A stretch of 64,000 nucleotides of DNA from an uncultured virus (IMG/VR IMGVR_UViG_3300033148_004307) (taxonomy: Duplodnaviria > Heunggongvirae > Uroviricota > Caudoviricetes). Positions 54,550 to 63,612 of the stretch are shown here, one piece after another. The first letter of the stretch is position 1, and every line of letters begins with the position of its first letter. The position numbers and the translations under genes are program-made. The stretch lies in IMG/VR virus record IMGVR_UViG_3300033148_004307. One strand, written 5' to 3'. Below the pieces are notes generated by a model. That model saw only the letters and a list, made by a program, of their open reading frames with translations. It searched no databases and was not told where the DNA came from.

Positions 54550-56928
54550 ATGAGTTATATTCGATTTAAAACAGATAAAAATACAGGAAAGAAATACTAT
54601 TATCAAGCAAAAACTGTAAGAGTAGGTAAAAAGGTAGTTCAAAAACATATCAAATATTGGGGTACTGAAGAACCTACTAAAATTCAAATGGCTAAAGTGG
54701 ATGAACTATACAAGAAAGGTAAATTAGAAGAAATCAAAAAGAAACCATTAACTACCAAAAAGAAGATGAAACTGTATCCAACAAAAACAGAAATTAACTA
54801 TATTAAAGGTAAAGGATATTACGGTAGAGTATCATTGGTAGGGCATCCAAATAATGTGGGATACCTCACAGATTATTTCACTAAGGAAAGTAAAGCTAAA
54901 TCAGAAACAAAAAAACTTGAATCTAATTATCGAAAAAAATACGAAAAAAGTAAAACCCCAAAAGTAAGAGAAGAAAAAGAAGATTATTCAGGATGGGATA
55001 GAGAAAATATTGCTAAAGACATAATAACATTTTTTGATAAATCTGGGGAAGTAGAGATTACAGTAGCTAAATTGAATGAGGGTAAATGGGAAGTAAACCC
55101 ATCTACAATTATATTCGAAACAAAGACATTCAAAACCAAAAAAGAGGCTATGGATTATGCTAAAGCAGAAATGAAGAAAAATACTCAAATCAAAAAGAAA
55201 GAACCAAAGAAACCGAAGGAAGAATATGACCCTAAAAAAGACCCAAAAAGAATAGCACAGGATAAGGCAGAAAATAGATTTGTGGACTTATTACATGAAA
55301 GACCTGAATTATCAGCAAAAGATGTAGAATCCATAAATCAGGCATTATCAAAAGGAAAAACAAAAGAAGCAAACAAATTAATAGATAATTTATCAAAGAA
55401 ACCTATCCAAAAACAAAAGGATGAACCATTGTATGACCCTACAAGTTTAAGGTCAAGTAAAGATTGGAATTATCTCTTTACTGAAGTAGATGAAGGATTC
55501 CAAGATGGAAAAACATTAAAACAGATGAAAAAGGAATTAACAGATGTATTTTTTGATGAAGAAATAATTAAAATGTATAATCGTTTAGCAGAAAATTATG
55601 ATAAAGAGAAAATAAAAATGCCAATACTTAAAAAAGTAGCTAAAACAAGATATGAAATAGCTAGAGAAAAAGAAGAATTGGGTAAAACATTAACAAAAAC
55701 AGATATTAAGGCGTTATCAAATTATGCTGAATATTCAGGAATAAATTTAAACAGAGAAATTGAATTAGCTGATGAAAGTATAAAAACATTAGAAGATTCA
55801 CTCAAGAGTCCAAGATATAAAGATGATAAGGAATCACAAAAGAGAGCAAAGAATAATTTATCTATTGCTAAAATTAAAAGAGAATTAGTCATGGAAGAAA
55901 TGGAAAAAAGAAAGAAGAAAGAATCTAAATTACCAAAAAGTGATTTTGTAAGCGATAGGTTAAGAAGAATAAATAGACCTTCATCAACGTGGGCTAATGT
56001 GGATGATATTGATATAGATAGATTATATCATGGGGCAAACAATATATATTCTGACCCAGAGGGAGTAGCAATTAGCACACAAAATGATTATGTTGAACAT
56101 ATTGATGCAGTAGCTACAAATTTAATAAGAATAGCAGAAACCCCAGAGCAGAAAAAAGTAGCAGAGGAAGAAATAAAGAAGTACAAAGATGGCTACATTA
56201 AAAAGTTCTTAGCGAAAATTGATGCAGATTCAAGAGTAGCATCCCCATTCATTACAGGGGGTTCAAATTTCCCAAAAAGACAGATGGAAAAAAGAAATGC
56301 TACCTCTCAAAAAAGATATGATGAATTTGAAGAATATAAAAACAAAGCATTACCAAGAGCTAAAAGAAATGTTGAAAAGGCATTTACAGGGGAAATATCA
56401 CAGAGAGAATTTGAAATATTAAAGAAAAGTGCCAATACAGATTTAGAGGTAGTTCAGGGTATTGATGAAAAGAAAGACAGATATAGAGGATTTACTAGAA
56501 GTGCATTTGTGAATAGTTTAGGTGGAAAACTTGAAAGACAATTGAGAAATGGGAATGTAGCATTGGTAGAAAAAACTCTTGAATATGTTAAACAAGAGGA
56601 AGAAACAAGAGGAATGAAAAAACCAATATTCACAAAAAGACATGGCATATTCAAAAAGCTAGAGAAAGCCAAAACCCAAGAACCTACAGTAAAACCTACA
56701 GGAATAATACCGTTAAAGGATTATGTAGGTGTATCTGTTGTAAATAACAATGATGAAGATAGAGTCCAATTATTATTTGATGAAAAACCTACAGAGGAAA
56801 TAAGAAGAAAACTAAAAAGTAATGGATTTCATTGGAGTAATAAAAATGAGGCATGGCAAAGAAAGAATACACAAAATGGGATTTCCACATCAAAATGGAT
56901 ATTAGACGATTTCTTCAAAGAAAGCTAG
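54550..56928 (+). CDS. Leader-family-2 large polyvalent-like protein
   Basis: MSYIRFK...YYYQAKTVRVGKKVVQKHIKYWG; SRVASPFITGGSNFP and RVQLLFDEKP...LKSNGFHWS-x4-AWQR motifs typical of MGE polyvalent proteins. Confidence 0.75.
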   Translation: MSYIRFKTDKNTGKKYYYQAKTVRVGKKVVQKHIKYWGTEEPTKIQMAKVDELYKKGKLEEIKKKPLTTKKKMKLYPTKTEINYIKGKGYYGRVSLVGHPNNVGYLTDYFTKESKAKSETKKLESNYRKKYEKSKTPKVREEKEDYSGWDRENIAKDIITFFDKSGEVEITVAKLNEGKWEVNPSTIIFETKTFKTKKEAMDYAKAEMKKNTQIKKKEPKKPKEEYDPKKDPKRIAQDKAENRFVDLLHERPELSAKDVESINQALSKGKTKEANKLIDNLSKKPIQKQKDEPLYDPTSLRSSKDWNYLFTEVDEGFQDGKTLKQMKKELTDVFFDEEIIKMYNRLAENYDKEKIKMPILKKVAKTRYEIAREKEELGKTLTKTDIKALSNYAEYSGINLNREIELADESIKTLEDSLKSPRYKDDKESQKRAKNNLSIAKIKRELVMEEMEKRKKKESKLPKSDFVSDRLRRINRPSSTWANVDDIDIDRLYHGANNIYSDPEGVAISTQNDYVEHIDAVATNLIRIAETPEQKKVAEEEIKKYKDGYIKKFLAKIDADSRVASPFITGGSNFPKRQMEKRNATSQKRYDEFEEYKNKALPRAKRNVEKAFTGEISQREFEILKKSANTDLEVVQGIDEKKDRYRGFTRSAFVNSLGGKLERQLRNGNVALVEKTLEYVKQEEETRGMKKPIFTKRHGIFKKLEKAKTQEPTVKPTGIIPLKDYVGVSVVNNNDEDRVQLLFDEKPTEEIRRKLKSNGFHWSNKNEAWQRKNTQNGISTSKWILDDFFKES

Positions 56929-56948
56929 GCACTACATAAGGTGGTAAC

Positions 56949-57167
56949 ATGAAAATATGGCAATCACTTATCCATAGAGGAATCTTTATTCTTGGTGTAT
57001 TCTTTTTATTGGCATCATTTGGGGCTTTAATTGAAATCCAACCACTCCATTTCTTGATGTTCTTAATTATTGGAGTAATAACAATTATTAGTTCAGTATT
57101 AGCAGAATCATATTTTGATGAAAATTCGACAGAAAAATATTCTCTTAAAAAGCTAGAATTAACTTGA
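56949..57167 (+). CDS. Small two-TM membrane protein
   Basis: Hydrophobic, RBS after motif A. Confidence 0.7.
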   Translation: MKIWQSLIHRGIFILGVFFLLASFGALIEIQPLHFLMFLIIGVITIISSVLAESYFDENSTEKYSLKKLELT

Positions 57168-57649
57168 AACCAGATAAATAATATAATTCATTGAATATTT
57201 ATTTATATTAGAAAAAACATTACATAATTCGATGAAACTTTTTGAAAAAAAAGCAGATAAAGAAGCTAAAAAATCATTCTTTGAAGGAAAAGGTAAAACT
57301 ATAGAAATATGTGTAAGTTGTCGAAAGCACTATGAAAGGATAAATGAAGTTAGAGAAATTTGTCATAGATGCACTAGAATGTTTACTAAATTAATCAATC
57401 ATGTAAAGAAACATGGAACAGATATATGTGATTATTATTAATTATAAAATCATTTCTTATTTTGAACAATCGTTAAATATAGGGCATATAGGGGGTTTTT
57501 AGGCATTTTACCCCTACCCTATATAAAATATAGCACAACCCGATTATGACTTGATAGAGGGATTTATAGAGCATTAAATGAGAATAATTATCGGTAAAAC
57601 CAAATCCGATAAGAAAAAACTAAATATTATGTAGTGCCTAATATCAAAT

Positions 57650-57922
57650 ATGAATGAAAAAACTTTTGATGATTGGAGTATTACACATTTCTTGATACCA
57701 TTCTTTTTTGGTTATATATTTTTAGTAGCATTTGCTTTCCCATTATTTATTGTCTATGGGTTAGTCATATTCTTTGAATTATTCGAGCATCTAGTGATGG
57801 GGGATTTAGTGTTTAGATGGAATACTACCAAAAAAAGAGAGATTCCGAAAAATGCGATAGCTGATGTAATTATAGGATTATTCGGAGTCTTTTTAGCCTT
57901 TATTATGCAAAATGTTTTCTAA
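57650..57922 (+). CDS. Small membrane protein with D-x-WS-x2-H / E-x2-E / N-x3-D motifs (DUF2585-like)
   Basis: DDWSITHF, FELFEH, EIPKNAIAD. Confidence 0.55.
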   Translation: MNEKTFDDWSITHFLIPFFFGYIFLVAFAFPLFIVYGLVIFFELFEHLVMGDLVFRWNTTKKREIPKNAIADVIIGLFGVFLAFIMQNVF

Positions 57923-58104
57923 TGTTCAGTATGCTACAATATGCAAATAGCAAGTTTTATATAAGAGATTTCACATTTATTGTTACATCGAAAATAGGCA
58001 CTACTATTTAGAATCTATCAGAAAGTAACCCAAAATGCAACTCATAATTATAGAGATTATCTATCTGCCTCACTATTTTATTATTATCCATAGGAGTAAT
58101 AATA

Positions 58105-58758
58105 ATGCCTAAAGACCCATTCAAATCCGATAAAAATATAGCAATCTCTGTGAATCCCACTACAAAATTTGCTAAAGGGATGGTAATGAATGGTAGTAGA
58201 TTTAAAACAATAGATACAGGGCATAAGGGTGGTATGAGATTAACGCTAGGTAAGGATGCTAGGGAAGTTAGAAGCAAAGGAAAAGATAAAGCATCCTCAA
58301 AAGTACAGAGGATTCTAGTCGAACAAAAGGATTTTGACATAGAAAAAGGGAATCTGAAACCAATAACGAAAAGGGGTAAATCTGAATACCGAGAAATAAA
58401 AGAAATACATGGAGATTTAGAATTTATCGGGAATGAGCAATTCATTGTAAGGAGTGCAAAGCCCCTATTCGAGAGAGTGGGGTACTTTAACAATGTAAGA
58501 GGGGGAATAGATAAAAAGAATGATGTAAATCCAGCAAGTATAAAGAGGCTTAAAAAAGCCAATGTACCTGATAGCATCGTAAGAAAAATAAAATCAGGAA
58601 GGGAATTATCAGATATTGAAACCGAAATTTTACACGACAAAAGTTTAGAACTTGTAAAGAGTAGGAAAAGAAGTTCATTTGTCAGAGAATACACAGGGAA
58701 AACCCCTACTAGAATGATGAATCTCAGAATGGCAAATGTAAAAAGAGGACTATTTTAA
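58105..58758 (+). CDS. Basic protein, possible nucleic-acid-binding virion protein
   Basis: K/R-rich; first gene of membrane module; shares domain with 12330-13106. Confidence 0.65.
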   Translation: MPKDPFKSDKNIAISVNPTTKFAKGMVMNGSRFKTIDTGHKGGMRLTLGKDAREVRSKGKDKASSKVQRILVEQKDFDIEKGNLKPITKRGKSEYREIKEIHGDLEFIGNEQFIVRSAKPLFERVGYFNNVRGGIDKKNDVNPASIKRLKKANVPDSIVRKIKSGRELSDIETEILHDKSLELVKSRKRSSFVREYTGKTPTRMMNLRMANVKRGLF

Positions 58759-58783
58759 TACCGAAAAATTCGGAGTTGAAAAT

Positions 58784-59788
58784 ATGGCAAAGAAAAAACA
58801 AGTAACCAAAGTAGTTACAGAGTTATCAAAAGCATATAGGGGAAGTTTCTCAACCTTTATGATAACTATGATAATAATTGGATTGTGTTTCTTTCTACCC
58901 ATGATTACTGCAAATGAAGTAGAAAAAAGTAGGAGTGGCGAAGGTCGGTATACACCGATGGAAGAAATGATATGGGATTTGAGTGATGAAGATGATTTCT
59001 ATCCTATAAAATATACAGAGGATGAGAATGAACTAGGGGATGCCCTACCAGATGATACCTCTCCTTATGATGAAGCTGGAGAATCACATTCAGTATATTG
59101 GCGTTATCATGCAGAAGTAGTATCAGAATTTAATGGAAATTGCATCAATTCTCAAGTAGAAAATATTGTGGATTTTGCAATAACTGACCCTGTAATTGAT
59201 GAATATGGAAGTCTTACATTGATTGCAAGTGGCGAAATTGAAGAAGTACCACTTCTACATGATTTATCCTTTGAATCTGAATATAATGCAGAACAATTAA
59301 TCATAGTCTTAGACCAAGATTCAGAAGATTGGATTGATAAAGATGCAACCAGAGTAGATATTTATATCAGTTTTGAAACATCCGATATAATAAATCCTCA
59401 TATTAAAGTTGAATGGGTTACAAAATCCAATGGTGGAGAATACACCATAGTAAGTGAGGATGATTGGGTCAACGGAGAAATATATTCTGTAGATGTAGAT
59501 GTAGAAGATTTAATTGCAATATCTTCTATAAGAGGAAGTGGAGAATATATCCGAATCACTCTATCAAGTGAAGATGCTGAAGGTTATCCACCTCTGGATG
59601 ATGGAGATTTAGTTATCTATGATGTTCAAGTATATGGATTAGATTCTACTACTGCATCACTCACAATAATATCTGCATGGTATATAGTTCAATCAGTTAT
59701 TGTTTTCTTAATGGGAATAGTAATGTTACCACAAGTTTCGATTGGTGGTATGATTGAATACTTAACGAATTTCACAAAATCATTCTAA
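58784..59788 (+). CDS. Membrane protein with N- and C-terminal TM and acidic beta-rich ectodomain
   Basis: Hydropathy by eye. Confidence 0.75.
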   Translation: MAKKKQVTKVVTELSKAYRGSFSTFMITMIIIGLCFFLPMITANEVEKSRSGEGRYTPMEEMIWDLSDEDDFYPIKYTEDENELGDALPDDTSPYDEAGESHSVYWRYHAEVVSEFNGNCINSQVENIVDFAITDPVIDEYGSLTLIASGEIEEVPLLHDLSFESEYNAEQLIIVLDQDSEDWIDKDATRVDIYISFETSDIINPHIKVEWVTKSNGGEYTIVSEDDWVNGEIYSVDVDVEDLIAISSIRGSGEYIRITLSSEDAEGYPPLDDGDLVIYDVQVYGLDSTTASLTIISAWYIVQSVIVFLMGIVMLPQVSIGGMIEYLTNFTKSF

Positions 59789-59817
59789 GTTAAGTAAAAA
59801 TAATAATTAAATAGAAA

Positions 59818-60216
59818 TTGAGGAAGAAAAAAAATCAATTAGATAAAAAGGAGATGAAAAATATGTTAGGATTTGGTTTGTTAGCATTGTTTGTTTTTAT
59901 CCTAGTGGTTATGCTAGTCGTAGTTATTACCGAAGGATTCAAACTGACAGTAGCATCAGTAATAGGATTCTTCAGTTTAGCTTGGGCTTATGTCCTAGCT
60001 ATCTGGAGTAGTTTTATCGAGTTTGTCATAGAACCAGCATTTAACACAATAATGGGAACTAGACCTCTTGATTTCTTTGGAGTAGCATCAGTAATGGTGT
60101 TATCAGCGTGGTTGTGGGTAATCTCAATCGCAATAGTTAATATTATATTAACTTCATCCAAAGGTCAACCAAGAATATTCCAGAATTTGACAAAGGATAA
60201 GACAGATAATTTGTAA
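59818..60216 (+). CDS. Multi-TM membrane protein (start uncertain)
   Basis: Three hydrophobic segments. Confidence 0.7.
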   Translation: MRKKKNQLDKKEMKNMLGFGLLALFVFILVVMLVVVITEGFKLTVASVIGFFSLAWAYVLAIWSSFIEFVIEPAFNTIMGTRPLDFFGVASVMVLSAWLWVISIAIVNIILTSSKGQPRIFQNLTKDKTDNL

Positions 60217-60229
60217 AAAAATTATCTTC

Positions 60230-60247
60230 TTTTTTTTATTTTTTTTA
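60230..60247 (+). terminator. Oligo-T tract, possible archaeal terminator
   Basis: T8-A-T9 after stop of 59818-60216. Confidence 0.4.
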
Positions 60248-60288
60248 TAGATTTATTTAAATTAAAAAGTAAAGGGGAAGTGGAAAAA

Positions 60289-60681
60289 ATGGCAAACATA
60301 TTATCAGGGATATTTAGTGGATTAAAATTCTTTGTAGAAAATCCATTGTGGACAGTTGCAATCATCATAGGCATTTTGTTAATGCCATTAGAAGTATTTG
60401 ATTTAATATTATATGTATTAATAAATCTAATAGTAATAATCATCAATGTTATCATATTCATTTTATTCACATTATTTAACGTAATTGTTATGGGGATAAA
60501 TTTCATATTAGAAAAAATATGGCAATTTTTAATATCATGGGGTTATTCAGGGGGTAAACCTGTTTTTGCTATGTTGGATTTTGTAGCACAACCATACATT
60601 GTAGTAGATTTATTCTCTCCAGATAAAAATCTATTGATGATAATATTGGAATTACTTGGAAGAACTTTACCATTATGGTAA
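60289..60681 (+). CDS. Highly hydrophobic membrane protein, paralog of 60697-61137
   Basis: ENPL...PLEVFDLIL-x-VLIN vs EKPI...PLNVIDLIL-x-VLVN; similar C-termini. Confidence 0.75.
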   Translation: MANILSGIFSGLKFFVENPLWTVAIIIGILLMPLEVFDLILYVLINLIVIIINVIIFILFTLFNVIVMGINFILEKIWQFLISWGYSGGKPVFAMLDFVAQPYIVVDLFSPDKNLLMIILELLGRTLPLW

Positions 60682-60696
60682 TGATGGGGATATAAA

Positions 60697-61137
60697 ATGC
60701 CTGTAATATCAGATATTGGTTCACTAGCAAATTTCGTATTAAATTTAGTAAAAGTTATGCTAGAAAAACCAATTATATTTGTTGCATTTATTATAGCGAT
60801 ATTATTCTTTCCTTTGAATGTTATCGACTTGATTTTATCTGTATTGGTTAATATATTTATTTTATTAGCAAATGTTCTAATGTTTATAATAATGATGCCT
60901 ATATTTATATTATTAGATTGGATTACTTCTATAATCAATCTTCTAATAGATTTCATAACAACACCTATAAATTGGATATTAGACCCATTAGGGCAACATT
61001 GGAGTCCATTAACACTATATTCTCCAGCACCTGTACCACCAACTATTGCATATATGGATATTGATATATTTGCAAACAATGATACTATAATAGGGCTTAT
61101 GGTAAATGGATTAGGATTATCATTTCCATTATTTTAA
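60697..61137 (+). CDS. Highly hydrophobic membrane protein, paralog of 60289-60681
   Basis: As above. Confidence 0.75.
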   Translation: MPVISDIGSLANFVLNLVKVMLEKPIIFVAFIIAILFFPLNVIDLILSVLVNIFILLANVLMFIIMMPIFILLDWITSIINLLIDFITTPINWILDPLGQHWSPLTLYSPAPVPPTIAYMDIDIFANNDTIIGLMVNGLGLSFPLF

Positions 61138-61179
61138 ATGGATTTTAATAATATTATGACTTAAATAAGAGGAATAAGA

Positions 61180-61404
61180 ATGGGAATGACAAAAAGAATA
61201 GCTAAAAAGTTAATTGGGGGATTTATACTCATCAGTATTGTAAATATCCTAGTTACAAATTTTATTCTAGGATTAGGCATTACATTCAAAGTAGGATTTT
61301 TAGATTTTTCACAGTTATTTACATCAATTTTACTGACCATAGTCAGTTTAATTGAATTTGTATTTTTATATGTAATAGGATTCGGATTCGGGGGTTCAAG
61401 ATGA
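61180..61404 (+). CDS. Small two-TM membrane protein
   Basis: Hydrophobic, RBS GAGG. Confidence 0.7.
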   Translation: MGMTKRIAKKLIGGFILISIVNILVTNFILGLGITFKVGFLDFSQLFTSILLTIVSLIEFVFLYVIGFGFGGSR

Positions 61405-62009
61405 AAATAAGATATTATATTATGGTTATTCTATTGTTATTGGTTTCTATACCAACAACCTCAAATGTAAGAGCAGATGATATTGCAACAATATATGGGG
61501 TAGTTAAATTAGATGGCAATAACGTAGAAAATGCAGAAATAAAATTAGAAAATCTGGAATTAAGCTATATAGTTATTGTATTCACAGATGAAAATGGAGA
61601 ATATGAAGGGGAATTAGGAGTCAGGGCACATAATGAAATAAAAGTTACTGCAACAGTAAATAGTACCATTTTTAGAAGTGTTACATTTACTAGAAGTTCA
61701 GATATACATGAATACGAAGTAAATTTCCTATTCGGAGAATCGGGGAATGGAAATGGGAATGGAAATGGGATTATTAGAGATAGTTTTGTATATATAACTG
61801 TATCATCATTCTTAGGCGATTTATGGGCATTTTTAATAAGTCTAACAATGGTCGATTGTTTATTATTTTTATTGATTTTATTGGTATTGTGCATACTATT
61901 CAGATTACTATTCCCAAAAAAGCCCAAAAGAAAACAGAGAACACAACAACAGGATAATGACACCATAATACTCCTAACAGGGAATGGGAAGGTTAAGAAA
62001 TTACGTTAA
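61401..62009 (+). CDS. Signal-peptide membrane protein with carboxypeptidase-regulatory-like beta domain
   Basis: IYGVV...VENAEIKL...TDENGEY; C-terminal TM and basic tail. Confidence 0.7.
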   Translation: MKIRYYIMVILLLLVSIPTTSNVRADDIATIYGVVKLDGNNVENAEIKLENLELSYIVIVFTDENGEYEGELGVRAHNEIKVTATVNSTIFRSVTFTRSSDIHEYEVNFLFGESGNGNGNGNGIIRDSFVYITVSSFLGDLWAFLISLTMVDCLLFLLILLVLCILFRLLFPKKPKRKQRTQQQDNDTIILLTGNGKVKKLR

Positions 62010-62045
62010 AGGGGGCTTAAAATTAAAATCCGAATACTATCAATA

Positions 62046-62573
62046 TTGTTTTTTATTTTTGTCTTAATAAATATCCCTACAAATTCTAAGGCAGAAACAG
62101 ATTGCACAATATTGACAGGATTGGATGATTATGTATCATTTAGTCCAGCTATTAGAACCAATAATACATTCGGTTATAATAATCTTGAGTTCAGATTATA
62201 TAGTACAGAAAACAACACCCCATATAAAATTATTGTAGACAACATCACTATTGGAAATGGAAGTATAGATTATTTTAAGAAATATGTGTATTGGGATTGT
62301 GAGCAAGAATATATAGAAAATCTAACAGTAATTGTAGGGGAAGATTATTACAGTTATTATAATATTTTTATTTTTAGAAGTTCATTTTATAATCAATCAG
62401 ATGATGATGGAATAGAATATAATATTAAATTTACAAAGGAAGAATTTGAGGCATATCTTAGCACATTAAGATTAAAATTATTTTTTACAGATATTAGTGG
62501 ATTAATACTTGGAATATTGGTATCAACATATTTCATAAGAGAACATAAAAAAACAGTTATTAGAGAGATTTAG
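62046..62573 (+). CDS. Secreted/anchored beta-rich protein with C-terminal TM (start uncertain)
   Basis: Signal-like N-terminus, C-terminal TM. Confidence 0.65.
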   Translation: MFFIFVLINIPTNSKAETDCTILTGLDDYVSFSPAIRTNNTFGYNNLEFRLYSTENNTPYKIIVDNITIGNGSIDYFKKYVYWDCEQEYIENLTVIVGEDYYSYYNIFIFRSSFYNQSDDDGIEYNIKFTKEEFEAYLSTLRLKLFFTDISGLILGILVSTYFIREHKKTVIREI

Positions 62574-63278
62574 ATGGTAGGCACTACAAAAAATGATACA
62601 AATCAAATCCAAGAAAGAACAGTAGTGAAAACTACAGAAAAATTCAGATTATTCTCTAAAGCATTTAAATGGTTTTTTATAGTGGTATTTTGTATTATCG
62701 GACTTTATATATTATTCTTAATATTCGGTGGTTATATATTTGGAAGTTTCTTTGTTTCAATTATCATATCATCCATTGTACTTTACAACACAATCACTGT
62801 ACCATCAGAAAGATTTGTTGAAAGCAGAATGGAAGAAAGTTTTGATGATGATGGGAATAGTGAGGGTATAACCCTCTTATTCAATGAATATGATATTCCT
62901 GTAGATTTATTGAAGGAATTTGGATTAACAGGAGATAACCAAAATGGAAAATGGAAAAGTAAAAATGGCAAATCAAGAGAATTAGTAGAAAAAATTGATT
63001 TCATCAATAGGAAAATTAAGTATTCGTGGTTTGCAGAATATTCTACATGGAAATTTATGGTTGACAAAGCAACATTATTAAGTTTAAATGAAACAGTAGC
63101 TAGGAGTCAGAGAGATTTAATGCGAAGCCCAGAAATTGAAGTTATAAGATTACAAGAAATCTCCTTAAAAGAACAAAAAGAAATGTCAGATAATCCAGAT
63201 GGTTATGATGATGCTTTAACAGAAGTGTCCAAAGATTTAACACGAACTAGGGGGAAGTTAAAAGATGATAAAAGATGA
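62574..63278 (+). CDS. Two-TM protein with cytoplasmic domain and coiled-coil tail
   Basis: Hydropathy by eye. Confidence 0.75.
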   Translation: MVGTTKNDTNQIQERTVVKTTEKFRLFSKAFKWFFIVVFCIIGLYILFLIFGGYIFGSFFVSIIISSIVLYNTITVPSERFVESRMEESFDDDGNSEGITLLFNEYDIPVDLLKEFGLTGDNQNGKWKSKNGKSRELVEKIDFINRKIKYSWFAEYSTWKFMVDKATLLSLNETVARSQRDLMRSPEIEVIRLQEISLKEQKEMSDNPDGYDDALTEVSKDLTRTRGKLKDDKR

Positions 63279-63612
63279 TAAACTTCCAGCTTTGCATAAG
63301 AATATTATGGATACAAAAACGATGGATGAATTATATAACATTTATGTTAAAATTTTAGATTCAGATTCCTATGGAAAGGATAAAGCACATGGTTGTAAAA
63401 CTGAACAGTACATTGAGAAACACTATATCAAATACAAACAATGTTGTGCTAAATGTCCACAATACAAAAAGGATTTTGATAAAAATGCAATAGGTAAAAT
63501 AAGCCTATTTCAAAAATTATTATTAAGGATGGTAGCACATCCAAATCAAGATTATATACTTAATAAAATGAGGATTCCAGATGCAAGAGGAAGCGACAGA
63601 ACCAAAAAATAA
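63265..63612 (+). CDS. Hypothetical protein
   Basis: ORF overlapping neighbours. Confidence 0.6.
   Translation: MIKDDKLPALHKNIMDTKTMDELYNIYVKILDSDSYGKDKAHGCKTEQYIEKHYIKYKQCCAKCPQYKKDFDKNAIGKISLFQKLLLRMVAHPNQDYILNKMRIPDARGSDRTKK

Larger units (their letters stand above)
1871..62588 (+). repeat. Dispersed junction motif A, TAGGCACTACA (about 46 exact + about 12 one-mismatch copies on +, one exact copy on -)
   Basis: Exact copies start at 1871,2894,3615,5127,9515,10144,13104,15137,15652,16529,17590,18252,18790,19822,20427,22208,23184,24143,25567,28019,28301,29196,29700,30407,31906,38107,38695,39491,39863,41361,41916,42743,42922,43253,43901,44070,45107,46298,46606,48087,49764,51555,52484,54524,56926,62578; variants at 4691,8388,12108,24822,28867,31577,35995,43399,45647,51009,57995,61274; reverse copy at 57630. 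Confidence 0.97.

Noticed and set aside
61743..61770. GNGNGNGNG repeat
   Set aside because: Ordinary low-complexity linker
1871..62588. Canonical integron (GTTAGGC resembles attC R' core, TAAC resembles R'')
   Set aside because: The G/T before TAGGC is not conserved, motifs A and B are not paired into hairpins, and the recombinase is too short for IntI
516..63067. Minus-strand ORFs in the track
   Set aside because: All shadow + strand genes or the origin region, have low-complexity F/S/L/I composition and lack RBS
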